A stretch of 64,000 nt of DNA from a virus: IMG/VR virus record IMGVR_UViG_3300025887_000011, positions 27,808-91,807 of that record. One strand, 5' to 3'. Below are positions 37,101 through 46,333 of the stretch, piece by piece (the first letter of the stretch is position 1; every line of letters starts with the position of its first letter). The translations under genes were made by a program, and so were the position numbers. The notes beneath the pieces were generated by a model that saw only the letters and a list, made by a program, of their open reading frames with translations, was not told the DNA's origin and made no database searches.

Positions 37101-40100
37101 AGCCTTTGACTTAAATCTGCTAAATCTTTTTTAGCTTTAACTTCATTGCCTCCTTCAGCCAAGAAAAGTTTTTGTCTTGCTTCTTCAATAGTAATAGTCC
37201 CAGCTATAGCTTTTTTATATAATTCTACAGTAGCGTTTAACGCTTCAAACTCTTTTGCATTTTCTGATATTTTTTTATTTATAGATTCTAAATCTATAGT
37301 TCTTGTAGTAGCGCCAAACTGAGAATTATCAACTTTTCGGCTTGAAATCTTATTTCTTTCTTTTATCAAGTCAAGCCCTCGTCCTCTAATTTTTTCTAAT
37401 TCTAGTGCTGGAGTTTGAGCTTCTTGTTTTAAAAGTTTTCTTTTTTCTTTTTCTTCTGGGCTATTCTCTTTAGCTTCTGTTTCTGCTTTCTTAAGATACT
37501 CAAGTAATTTATTTATAGCCGTACTAAATGTAGAGGCGTTATTTGTTTGTTGGTTTAGTATTTCTCTATTCTTGTTTTCGGTATCTTCAAGGAATTTTTG
37601 CCTAGCTGCAGTTTGCTTAGTTAATTCATTATTAAGCAATTCAGACAAAGCTTGTATTTCCCCTGGTCCTTGTCTTACTTGACCATCTGCATCAGGACGA
37701 GTGAGATTGTTGATGGCCTCTCTTATTCCTTTTTCGTTTAATATCCCAGTATCTCTAGCTGTTTGTAAAAAATCTTTTTGTATTTTTTCTAAACGGTCAA
37801 ATCTTTTTATATTTATATTGTTTTCTTCTTTTCTTCTTGCGTTTGTTGACTTAACGACATCCAAAACAGAAGGGGCTTGCCCTCCTCCAAAAATCCTAGA
37901 TGTGGATTTTTCGCTTCTGTCTATAGCTATGTTTGAAGCTTCTAACCTTGATTTGGTTATTTGGTTTTGTGTGTTAAGGCTTTGTTGAAGTATTCTTTCT
38001 TCTTCTTTGATTATATCTACCCTGTCTTTATATACAGCATTCTGAGCTTGAGCGACTTCTTCGGCAGCTCTTTGAATTTGCAATGTTTTTTGTTGCTGCT
38101 CTATTTGAGCTTTTAAATTATCAACAATTTCTTTTGATAATGTTTCTTGTCCAGTAAATGCAAGTAGAGCGGCTTCTAAAGGTTTAGCAAAATCATCAGA
38201 AAATCCAGTCTCCGAAAGATCTAGTTTGGCAATTTCGTCTATAGTAGCCTTAATAACAAGAAACCTATCCTGACCTATCTTCTTATCTTGATCACCCTCT
38301 AATAACTCTTTTACTTTTTTATTATCAAGTATAGTTTTTGAAATTAAAGCGTTTATTTCTTGAGCGCCTTCTCTTTGAGCTTTTATAGACCTTAATTGCA
38401 AATCAAGTTCTAGCTGTTTGTTTTTAGATGTGTTTAAAGATATTTTTTGTAACTCTAGTTCAGCTTCTTTTCTTGTTTTTACGCTAGATATTATTTTGCT
38501 TTCAGCCAAAGCACCTTTGATCTGGATATTGAGTATTTCGGCTCTAAGCTTTACAATATCTTCTAGTTCTTCTTTTTCTGCTTTGACTATATCAAAAACT
38601 TGCTTGCTTAAATCTCTTTGCTGTTTAACAAGCTCTTTTATCTTCTTGTCGTCACCAGTAAGCTGGGCTTTAAGTAGGTCAGCGCTAGCAGCTTCTAGCT
38701 TCTTTATTTCTTCTGAAGCAACGCCACCTTTTACTAAATCGACAAGTTCTTTTACTTGAGATGCATCTGTTAAATCTGCTGAAGTAAGTTTAACATCATC
38801 AACTAAGTTGAGAATACCTCTTGTAAAGTTTTCTTGGCTTGTCTCTACAAGACTTTTTATAGCACCATCATCTATATCTAAGTTTGATGTATTTATGCCA
38901 GATATATCTAGAGCTCCAGAACCTCTTTGCGCTTTTCTAAATAGCTCTGCTCTAAGCTTTTCAGGGTCTTCTATGTTTTTTAGTTTCGGGTCTTTTAACT
39001 CAGCTTCTCTTCTGCTTACTTGAGTTAAAATTTGAGTACCAGTTTGGGCAAAAGTGTTTTGGCCACCTTGGCCTTTAAGTAGATTTTGGTCTAAACTGTC
39101 GCCAAACTTTTCTAAGCTTTTAGCGGCTTTTTCAGCTGGGCTATCAATGACCCCAAGTTTTTCTAGAAGTTTTGTGCCTAATTTAGTAAAAAATCCTCCT
39201 AAATCAAAACCAAATAATTTAAGCGCCGAGTTGACCGCTTGAAAGCCAACTACAAGAGGCCCTATAAGAGGAACAAGTCTAGAAAACAAACCTACTGTTT
39301 TTCCTACAAAAGGTCCAGCTTTACCAATTAAGGAAAAAACTTTTGCAATTCCTTTTGAAGATGTTTTTGTAAAAGCATCTGCACCCGATCCTCTTCTTAA
39401 TGAAGCTGCAGCGCCTTTTCTTCCAAATAGTTCTACGGTTTTCCCAAAGCTTTTTCCCTGTTCATTTCCAAACCTTTTGATAAAATCTGTGCTTGATTCT
39501 CCCTTTTCTTTACCTAGAGATTTTTGATCTAACCCTAGAGACTGTATTCCTTGAATGAGAAGAACAGTTCTTGCCGCACCAGCTCCAGCTTCAGCGAGTT
39601 GTTTACCAGCGCCTTCAGCAGTTTCGGCGAAAGCTTGAAGTGTGCTCGCTGTTGTGAATGCTGCACTGCCAAGAACTAAAAACGATTGTAAGCTTTTTTC
39701 TTGAGTTTTTTCTGCTGCACCTTCACCGCCTCTTTGAACTAAACGTTCTTTTGCTGCTGTTTTTAAAGATTCTTTATTGGCTTTCCCTCCAGCTTTACTA
39801 AGGTTTTTTATTTCTGGACTGCTTCCATTAAGATTTTTTACTAACTCATCTATTTTTTCGTTAGCTTCTTTTTGGGTTATTACTTTATCTTTAGTATCTT
39901 TTACTATAACATCTAAAGACTTATTGAAATCTCCCAGTGTTCCTTTTAAGGAATCAAGTTCTTTTTGTATTCCTTGAGCTTCAATACCCCCACCTTGACC
40001 TCTTGATTCCAGTGTTGATTGAGCTTGAATTAATTCTAATGGATTTCTGGTTCCAGTTTTAGCTGCAAAATTTGGTATGTAACCTAAAGATGCGTTTCTT

Positions 40101-43100
40101 GGTATTCTCCCAGTAGGTTCATCTCTGGTATTGGTTACAGCAAGGCCATTTGGGTTTTTGCTGTTTCTTAATTTGCCGTTTTGATTTATTCTTATCTGGT
40201 TAACAGGAACTCCTGCTTGCTGCTCTCTTTCGATAGCTTCATCAATAGGACTTTTTCTGTTTGCAAAATTGGGGATATATCCTCCAGCAGAACTTTTCTT
40301 AGTCTTTTTTTGATCAGGATTTAATATATTTTTCCTAACAAAAGATAAGGCTTTAGTTTTTGTATCTTCATCATTAAATACTTTTTTAGCAACATCTCTT
40401 ACTTGCTTGCTTCCTTTGAAGTTTGTTTCCCCACCCCTCTTGCTTTCTCCTTTTAGGGCTTTGATTCCAAAGATATCCTGTATTGCCTCTGAATTTTGAA
40501 AGTCAAACGGTCTGCCTTGTTCTGATTGGTCAAAAACTTTAGAAATATCAGAGAAGCTATTCAAAGCCACCTTACTTGCAGCTTCAAAAAGATTTCCTTC
40601 TGTTGCGGATGGAAGTATTTGTTTTCCTTTTAATTCTTTCTGTAATGCTTGGCTAAACTGGCCGCCGCTTGCTGGATCAAAAAATCCCCCATATAAATCG
40701 CCAGCTAAATTAACTATACCTTCAGCAAAGAATGAGTTTATTCCTTTAGTTAAACCTTCGATATCTTGACCTCCAGGAGTATTTGTAGCATAAAGATTTG
40801 TTAGGTTTATTTTTTTCTTCAACTGCTCTTCGCTCAGTGTCTTGTCGTCCTTAAACTGACTTATGTCTGCAAGTTTTATAGGAGGGGTATCAAAATCAGC
40901 AACATTTCTAGGTCCTTCGAATCTTGGTGATATTAAAGCAATTCCACCGAGTTTTTTGGTGTCTATAGAATATGTTTTTGCACTATCAAATTCAGCCTTT
41001 CCGCTTTTGCTGGCAGCATTAGCATTTCTTGCGACTTTGAATTTGCCTGTAGTTTGGTTAAATAACTGAGAGGTGTTAAATTCTTTTGTGTTTGTGCCGT
41101 CGTTAAATTCATAAGCTCGTCGACCTGGAATCTTTTTTACAAACGTGCTCTTTTCAAACTCTTCTAAGTTTGTTGCTCCTGTTTTCGCTATTGCTTGAGC
41201 AACGCCGAATCCACCAGCATAGTTGGGTATATAACCTCTAGCTGCATTTAATTGTTTTGCGCCTTCTGGAACACCAAATTTTTCAACCATATCGCGGTTG
41301 AATATTGCGTCTCCTCCTCCAGCATAATCACGAACAATATACTCGCTATCGTTAGCGACCATTGTTCCAGTTTTACCTGCTCCAAATTTAAAATCGTCTA
41401 TTATTACCGTCTTTGCGGAATTAGGAGCTTTTCCTACTCCCTTTGATATATCTGACTTCTCTTTATTTATTGGAAGGAATCCATCTGCAGCGTTGGCTAC
41501 ATAACCACCAGCACCAGTAGCGCCAGTAGATACTGTTTTTGTTTGAGCATTTCTAAAGGATTTGGTATTGCCTAAGACGGTCTTAGATATATTAGTTGAT
41601 ATTTTATTTACCTTCTCAAGACTAGCAAGCTGCTCTTTAACAGCTAGAGTAATAAGTTCCGCTTGTTTAAGTCTTTTCTCTTCAGAAGTTAAAGAAGAAT
41701 TCTCTATTTTAAGTATAGCATTTCTAATATCTTTATCTTGAAGTAACGTAGATACTATATTTTTTTGAGTGTTTTCTAATTCTTTGGCAAATTTATTAAG
41801 ACCAAGAAATGTTTTAAAAGAGTCTATTCCAAATGAAGCTAATTTTTTGCTTAAGACAAAAATAACAGCAACAACTGCCGCAAGGCCAATTTTTATAGCC
41901 GAATCAGCAAACCCTTTAAACAATGAAGATGCAAGATCACTACCTGATATTCTTTCGCCTAATCCTCTTAGTGCATCTATAAAACCATTTAACCCAGAAA
42001 GTAACTCTTTAAATGGGTCTATTATACCAAGCTCTCCAAATTGACTGGCTAACTCTTCTATATTAACTTTTGTAAGATTTATTCCAGCGGCTAATGTTTG
42101 GTTTAAAATTATATTCTTTTTATATGCTTCGTCTGAAGCATTAGCGAATGATTCTGTAGCTGCAACAGCAACTGAAGACTGACTATTATAATCAGCTAGA
42201 GCAGCAAGCAAAGGTGCTATCTGGAAACCTCCACCAATTTTCTCAGTAATCGATCTTACTTCTACATCACTTAAACCATCTAATTGTTTAGCAAGACCAG
42301 CAATTAGCTGTGTCGCTGGTTTTATCTTTCCTTGTAAATCAGTAACTTCAACACCAACACTTCTTAACAATTCTAAGTTATCTGCTCGTCCAATACGAGT
42401 AAATATAGTTTTAAATGAGTTTCCGATGACAGCTCCACCACGGGCAGTTCTTTGCTGGACAGCAGTAATAATACCTCCAAGCTCATCGATGCTAACTCCA
42501 GCCTGTTCAGCTACAGAAGCTGAACGTTTAAATCCTTCAATAAGATCTCTCTCTGAAACGGCAAATTTGTTCGCGGCGTTACTTATTTTATTTAAAACAT
42601 CACCCGTACTCAGACCAGCCTTAGAAAAACTGTTAACGGCAGCTGTTAATCCAGAAACGGCATCAGCAGCACTAAGACCAGAAAGTCTAGATAGTATTAA
42701 AGAATCGTTAAGCCTCTTTACTACATCTTCAGTTCCTAAACCCTGTCTTGAAAGTTCTAAAGCAGCATTAGATACTACATCAAAAGATTGCCCAGTTTCC
42801 TTAGCTATTTGGAATATAGATCCTTTAAGGCTATCTAATCCTTCTGCGTTAGTATTTAGGATCGAGTTTATTTTGGCTAGGTTAGCCTCTACTTCAATAG
42901 TAACATTAACTAGACCTTTAAAAGACTGAACCAATCCATTGATTATACCAACAGAAGCACCAAAGGCAAGAACTCGAGCATTTGAAGCTTCAATCGATTT
43001 AGTAAACTCATCTGCTTGACCAGTAATTCTTCCAAGAGGTTGAGATAGTGCATTTATATCTTTTGCACTAGAACCTAGATCAACTTTGAAGTTTCTCCCT

Positions 43101-43189
43101 GCTTTTTTAGCGACATCGCTAAACTGTCTTTCGAGTTGAGTTGCGTTCTGTAAAGACGCTTTTACTGATACATTAATCGATTCTGGCAT
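34130..43189 (-). CDS. Tape measure protein (3019 aa)
   Basis: TP901-type N-terminal block (A..TGQ...AALEL.RQG, G..IGNSFKTIF.R), long helical Ala/Lys/Glu-rich body, C-terminal GG.V...D.VP.LL..GE.VV motifs. Confidence 0.95.
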   Translation of the reverse strand: MPESINVSVKASLQNATQLERQFSDVAKKAGRNFKVDLGSSAKDINALSQPLGRITGQADEFTKSIEASNARVLAFGASVGIINGLVQSFKGLVNVTIEVEANLAKINSILNTNAEGLDSLKGSIFQIAKETGQSFDVVSNAALELSRQGLGTEDVVKRLNDSLILSRLSGLSAADAVSGLTAAVNSFSKAGLSTGDVLNKISNAANKFAVSERDLIEGFKRSASVAEQAGVSIDELGGIITAVQQRTARGGAVIGNSFKTIFTRIGRADNLELLRSVGVEVTDLQGKIKPATQLIAGLAKQLDGLSDVEVRSITEKIGGGFQIAPLLAALADYNSQSSVAVAATESFANASDEAYKKNIILNQTLAAGINLTKVNIEELASQFGELGIIDPFKELLSGLNGFIDALRGLGERISGSDLASSLFKGFADSAIKIGLAAVVAVIFVLSKKLASFGIDSFKTFLGLNKFAKELENTQKNIVSTLLQDKDIRNAILKIENSSLTSEEKRLKQAELITLAVKEQLASLEKVNKISTNISKTVLGNTKSFRNAQTKTVSTGATGAGGYVANAADGFLPINKEKSDISKGVGKAPNSAKTVIIDDFKFGAGKTGTMVANDSEYIVRDYAGGGDAIFNRDMVEKFGVPEGAKQLNAARGYIPNYAGGFGVAQAIAKTGATNLEEFEKSTFVKKIPGRRAYEFNDGTNTKEFNTSQLFNQTTGKFKVARNANAASKSGKAEFDSAKTYSIDTKKLGGIALISPRFEGPRNVADFDTPPIKLADISQFKDDKTLSEEQLKKKINLTNLYATNTPGGQDIEGLTKGINSFFAEGIVNLAGDLYGGFFDPASGGQFSQALQKELKGKQILPSATEGNLFEAASKVALNSFSDISKVFDQSEQGRPFDFQNSEAIQDIFGIKALKGESKRGGETNFKGSKQVRDVAKKVFNDEDTKTKALSFVRKNILNPDQKKTKKSSAGGYIPNFANRKSPIDEAIEREQQAGVPVNQIRINQNGKLRNSKNPNGLAVTNTRDEPTGRIPRNASLGYIPNFAAKTGTRNPLELIQAQSTLESRGQGGGIEAQGIQKELDSLKGTLGDFNKSLDVIVKDTKDKVITQKEANEKIDELVKNLNGSSPEIKNLSKAGGKANKESLKTAAKERLVQRGGEGAAEKTQEKSLQSFLVLGSAAFTTASTLQAFAETAEGAGKQLAEAGAGAARTVLLIQGIQSLGLDQKSLGKEKGESSTDFIKRFGNEQGKSFGKTVELFGRKGAAASLRRGSGADAFTKTSSKGIAKVFSLIGKAGPFVGKTVGLFSRLVPLIGPLVVGFQAVNSALKLFGFDLGGFFTKLGTKLLEKLGVIDSPAEKAAKSLEKFGDSLDQNLLKGQGGQNTFAQTGTQILTQVSRREAELKDPKLKNIEDPEKLRAELFRKAQRGSGALDISGINTSNLDIDDGAIKSLVETSQENFTRGILNLVDDVKLTSADLTDASQVKELVDLVKGGVASEEIKKLEAASADLLKAQLTGDDKKIKELVKQQRDLSKQVFDIVKAEKEELEDIVKLRAEILNIQIKGALAESKIISSVKTRKEAELELQKISLNTSKNKQLELDLQLRSIKAQREGAQEINALISKTILDNKKVKELLEGDQDKKIGQDRFLVIKATIDEIAKLDLSETGFSDDFAKPLEAALLAFTGQETLSKEIVDNLKAQIEQQQKTLQIQRAAEEVAQAQNAVYKDRVDIIKEEERILQQSLNTQNQITKSRLEASNIAIDRSEKSTSRIFGGGQAPSVLDVVKSTNARRKEENNINIKRFDRLEKIQKDFLQTARDTGILNEKGIREAINNLTRPDADGQVRQGPGEIQALSELLNNELTKQTAARQKFLEDTENKNREILNQQTNNASTFSTAINKLLEYLKKAETEAKENSPEEKEKRKLLKQEAQTPALELEKIRGRGLDLIKERNKISSRKVDNSQFGATTRTIDLESINKKISENAKEFEALNATVELYKKAIAGTITIEEARQKLFLAEGGNEVKAKKDLADLSQRLAQSAVAVQGFSSAIESVTEDSSASNFRNNFDAGRLGDFPTPAETNLRSGEVFRANPNAGDGVDIIGAESEKGERLKLLNKLRQEEIVLQEKLRIELEKTKQILSTFGPNANPQNTQAGISSPDRQDPITQSSRQFSSIGSFVSGVVDGFSRLNVASENLTTRITQLDSVINDTESTDDQKKAAKVEKEKLETQRTALEAQRNQNTETNTVIESLKSFSGILDFIKKAFNKIKSFFGFGSETQTPIQPRTEFSGAAETEDITRRNEGLSDVDIQTQLDQQRLGAYYQLELDLIESTSTAQRRKLQREYDDRLLIFDLLQKSKALTEQESKGTLTKEGRDELQELRKQIAAQKNKPEKVTERILDELSVDGPEAVQNINNTLVKGAVDFTDAIVNGIEAAIVEGKDLKETLRDAATSFLKELTRTNLKNAIGGIANIIGGGGGQGNAFVNAFSAGGYSSGGSVSGGSGSKDDVPALLMSGEYVVKKKSVEKYGTKLLDDINSGNIGQFAEGGIVDRDKIPTQTGTGNYFAPGLRGSGKISGAEALRNFATQGFTNGATDFIGGDQKSNAAFIDLEPESLRLTNFGRKAGTPIQLATQDAKRQAFDLAIRDDDLRAQIDAENKRAKEEFKKAIISTVASAVISYGVNVAATGAQNAISGATQQAAASGETLSAGSKFWTGVRGAFGGGTLNGGGEQTYGGLTNFFNNRGTVNQQGLGNYFLKNSTSPAAIDFFKSGEFTSNSGKYGFTAKNPAVQAIIDGRGSQISGDKTLSTSRNQAILSSIKASQVDQLSIDALKASSDNSIRKYSAGKVSSPVYGEGAALESTLPSRNSDIEKSLYQKIQDYFFSLAASGNGGLLPPKGFATGGRVQDAPGIDTVPTMLSGGEFVVNSSAASRLGQSSLEKLNAGDSSSVEPENQEEVIDRLDELIKATKESTGAITITVNSDGSNSEEKSTGSQEEDDNIKIAKLIRDQVLKVINEEKRLGGTLRRGV

Positions 43190-43218
43190 AACCTTTTGTC
43201 CTTTAAAGGTATTACACG
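43190..43218 (-). promoter_or_regulatory. GTGTA late motif plus AGGACAAAAGGTT leader for the TMP
   Basis: CGTGTAATAC at 43218-43209; GTGTA is 23 nt before the ATG. Confidence 0.6.
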
Positions 43219-43228
43219 AAAATAGATA

Positions 43229-44212
43229 TTATTGACCAGCCAATTTCATCATTTGTTCCATATCAAGTTTGCCTCCAGCCTTCTTTATTTCGTCAGATAA
43301 AGAAACTGTATTCACATCGCTCAGATCTTCTACGTCTTCTTTTGTTCCTCCAAATACAGTGGAACCAGCAGCATTTTCATTTATGAAAGGTTTGCCCTTT
43401 TTCCCTTTGGCGGCATTACTTTTGGACTCGGAGTAAGCAAGCAACTTCTCTGGATCATCTCTTATGTTATCAGGTATATCTTCTGTATACTGGAATATGC
43501 TTTGGAATATCCTACCAAATAAAATCAATTTTATTTGAAAAACAGAAAGATAAATTAAAGGTTTACCATAAAAGTCGCTTGGATTTTCACAATAAGATAA
43601 GTACATAGAGAAGAATGGCCTTAATGCAGCTTTTTGAATATTCTCTTCACTAAGCCTTTCATTTATTTCGTTTTGCATTTTTCTCAGAACAAGTAAATCG
43701 ATATCACTCATAGAGTCAAACTCATCTTCTGAGAATGCGTGTGCCGTCAATTCTTTGTCTTTAAAAACAAAATACCTAATCATTTCTACGGCAGACATTG
43801 AGGTAGCATAATCCTCGGCCGTTTTTCCAACCAACTCTTTTCTTTTGGTAAGTAAGTTGTAATAGCTTTCGCTTTTTTCGTCTATGGTCTCTTGTATTTT
43901 AGTTTGACCAGACTTAAGGAAAGTTCCTTTTTTTGTTGATTTTAAATTTTCTATCTCAGTTTCGAGATTCTGAATGTTAAGATCGTCTTCATCGCTCCAA
44001 AGATCATCTTTTTTTAAGTCTTTTAATATTTCATCTTCCTTAGGCAACCCCTTGGAAATAGCGTTTTCTTTATATTTTTCATAGAAAACGTTTAGATATC
44101 TCTGATCTTTCACAGAGAAGTGTTTGAGGTATACGGTTGATCCTTTAAAATTGGATTCGGTATAACCATCAAACACTTCCCCTACAAGAGAGATGAAAAA
44201 TTCTTCATTCAC
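43229..44212 (-). CDS. Tail assembly chaperone, long form (GTG start)
   Basis: Directly upstream of the TMP, acidic and helical; paralogous to 44209-44964. Confidence 0.6.
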   Translation of the reverse strand: MNEEFFISLVGEVFDGYTESNFKGSTVYLKHFSVKDQRYLNVFYEKYKENAISKGLPKEDEILKDLKKDDLWSDEDDLNIQNLETEIENLKSTKKGTFLKSGQTKIQETIDEKSESYYNLLTKRKELVGKTAEDYATSMSAVEMIRYFVFKDKELTAHAFSEDEFDSMSDIDLLVLRKMQNEINERLSEENIQKAALRPFFSMYLSYCENPSDFYGKPLIYLSVFQIKLILFGRIFQSIFQYTEDIPDNIRDDPEKLLAYSESKSNAAKGKKGKPFINENAAGSTVFGGTKEDVEDLSDVNTVSLSDEIKKAGGKLDMEQMMKLAGQ

Positions 44213-44964
44213 AGTTCGCCAGCCTCAGACTTTTTGACGATTTCTTCGAATTCTTCTTGTGACGAAGCTTGGTTAAAGAACCAAAAAGCTATAACTGTTG
44301 AAGCTTGTTTAATTAAATCAAGATAAAACTGATCCTCAGATTCTTCAAGATCATAATAGTAAGAAATTTTATCTTCAAACTCCTCACCTTTAAAATATTC
44401 TTCAAACTTGTCGCTGTCTTTATCGTAAATGTAAGTCAAATTCAAACAATACCAAAGCAAAACTTTATTTTGAGCTTTTACATCTGCTGTATGATCGAAA
44501 AGAGATTGAAAGTTGGATTCGAAATCAACGATTTCTTTCCTGTTTAAAGCCATCTCTCCTTTGATTTCCTCAAATCTTTCTTTTTGAGCTTTTGTTTTCT
44601 TCTTTACGGTATCCAGTCTGATGTATTCGTTTTGAAGATCTAAAGCTTCTTTGTAATACTTCGCGTAATCTGATGCGTCGTCCTCGCTAAACAAACCACC
44701 GCTGTCGCTATACTTTTTAGCAAGCATAGCTTTTGTAAGGATACCCTTCTTGATACACTTGCTCATCTCAACCGAATAGACAAGTTCAGCTTCTTCAAGC
44801 TCTCGTCTAGTTGGTCTTCTGATCTGTATCTCAATAGGCTCCTTTTCCTTTACTGTTTTTTTCGTGGTAGTTTCTTCGCCAGTCTTTTTGTTTTTCTTGG
44901 TTGACTCCACTACTTTTTCAACCTCTTTATCGAGGGTGAATTGATATAATTTTTTATTTTCCAT
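44209..44964 (-). CDS. Tail assembly chaperone, short form
   Basis: Position; IRRPT.RE motif; paralogous to the next gene. Confidence 0.6.
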   Translation of the reverse strand: MENKKLYQFTLDKEVEKVVESTKKNKKTGEETTTKKTVKEKEPIEIQIRRPTRRELEEAELVYSVEMSKCIKKGILTKAMLAKKYSDSGGLFSEDDASDYAKYYKEALDLQNEYIRLDTVKKKTKAQKERFEEIKGEMALNRKEIVDFESNFQSLFDHTADVKAQNKVLLWYCLNLTYIYDKDSDKFEEYFKGEEFEDKISYYYDLEESEDQFYLDLIKQASTVIAFWFFNQASSQEEFEEIVKKSEAGEL

Positions 44965-44969
44965 ATGCC

Positions 44970-45257
44970 TTATTTAAATTTAAACGAAACTTGGTAATTT
45001 TCAATTTCTTTTTCCATATTTCTTGCTGATTCATTGCCGAAATCCAATATTCTTTTCCTTATCCATGATAATTTATCTGGGGTAAAGTGATCGGCGGTTT
45101 TAATTATTGGGTGATATTTTTTTGGCACCTCATCGTAAAGTTTTTGATAATGAAAGTCATGATCATTTTTCATGTCTTCCACAAGCATTAACATAACTTT
45201 GAAGAGGCCAGAAATCTCCTTATATGATGTATTGTTGAGAATTTTTTTAGCATTCAT
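44970..45257 (-). CDS. Hypothetical protein
   Basis: 95-aa ORF with promoter and SD-like leader. Confidence 0.75.
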   Translation of the reverse strand: MNAKKILNNTSYKEISGLFKVMLMLVEDMKNDHDFHYQKLYDEVPKKYHPIIKTADHFTPDKLSWIRKRILDFGNESARNMEKEIENYQVSFKFK

Positions 45258-45302
45258 ACCTTTGTCCTGTATTATTATAACAAAAAAAGTGTAATTTTCA
45301 AT
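45258..45302. promoter_or_regulatory. Overlapping divergent promoters: minus-strand TTGAAA-N16-TATAAT (extended -10) and plus-strand GTGTA motif
   Basis: -35 at 45301-45296, -10 at 45279-45274; GTGTA at 45289-45293 then 9 nt to ATG 45303. Confidence 0.7.
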
Positions 45303-45770
45303 ATGGCAGGGTTTTTATCTTCATCTCAAATAACAGAAATCGAAAGTCTGTATAACAAATTGCACGAAACATTCGCGCAACAAATAACGGTTTATAAGAA
45401 TGGAACAAGGGTTTTAATAGCCCACGACCCTAAGTATAACGCTGTTTATGGTAGGGACAATAGGGGAAAAAGAGATAGCGTTAAATACGAAAAGCTATCT
45501 AAATCTTTTGACGCTAGGATTTATTATGTAAAACTAGAAGAAGAAAAATTTAGTTACGAAAGTCAAAAAAGCCAAATAAAAGTCGACATGATTAAAGGCT
45601 CAGTCAAGATTTTTGTAAAAAAAGAAGGTTTCGATTTTCTTCAAGAAGCAAGAAGAGTCGAGCTAGACGGAAGAAAGTTTAGCATCCATACAGATGGAAT
45701 GCCGTTTGGTTTAACTGGTAACCTTTTTTATACTTTTTACTTAACTCCTTTAGAAGAATCCGAAGAATAA
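45303..45770 (+). CDS. Head closure/stopper-like neck protein
   Basis: Size, beta-rich pattern (ARI.Y, V.LDG..F.I), first gene of the neck cluster. Confidence 0.5.
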   Translation: MAGFLSSSQITEIESLYNKLHETFAQQITVYKNGTRVLIAHDPKYNAVYGRDNRGKRDSVKYEKLSKSFDARIYYVKLEEEKFSYESQKSQIKVDMIKGSVKIFVKKEGFDFLQEARRVELDGRKFSIHTDGMPFGLTGNLFYTFYLTPLEESEE

Positions 45771-46333
45771 TGGTCAAAATTCCAAAGTCAATTCAAAAAG
45801 ATATAGCTAAAAGATCTCTTAAAGCTAATAAAAAAGAGGTTAAGAAACCCTTTGATAAAAAATTCAATGAAATAAAAGAACAGATGATAGAAGAATTTCT
45901 GTCTAATCCTGTTACAGCTGAAATACTATCTGGGCCAACATCTAGCAACACAAGCGGAACTCTTGGGGGAGAAGCGAATCTTTTTTCTTTTATTGGGTTC
46001 TCCTCTGGGGATAAACCTATAGAGCCAATAGTGCAAATACTAAGATCAGCAACATACAAAGAAACAAAAGATGGTTATAAGATAACTATTCCTTCTGCTG
46101 AAGATATATTCGCAGTTACACCAATGCCCTGGGCTACAGGCAGAAGTTGGGCTAAAGGGGTAGAAACTGGTATTTCTGGGCTAGGTTATCTTTTAAACAA
46201 AAAAACTACAAAGAGTAGATCTGGAGCAGCGATACAAACAAGCAAAAAAGTAAGAAGCGGAGGTTTTAAAAACACACTTTATATATCTTCCTTAATAAAA
46301 AAATATAAAAAAAGATTTAAGAAAATATTATGA
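45770..46333 (+). CDS. Basic neck/tail-completion protein (HK97 gp10-like position)
   Basis: Very basic; W...VETG motif; lies between stopper and terminator candidates. Confidence 0.45.
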   Translation: MVKIPKSIQKDIAKRSLKANKKEVKKPFDKKFNEIKEQMIEEFLSNPVTAEILSGPTSSNTSGTLGGEANLFSFIGFSSGDKPIEPIVQILRSATYKETKDGYKITIPSAEDIFAVTPMPWATGRSWAKGVETGISGLGYLLNKKTTKSRSGAAIQTSKKVRSGGFKNTLYISSLIKKYKKRFKKIL

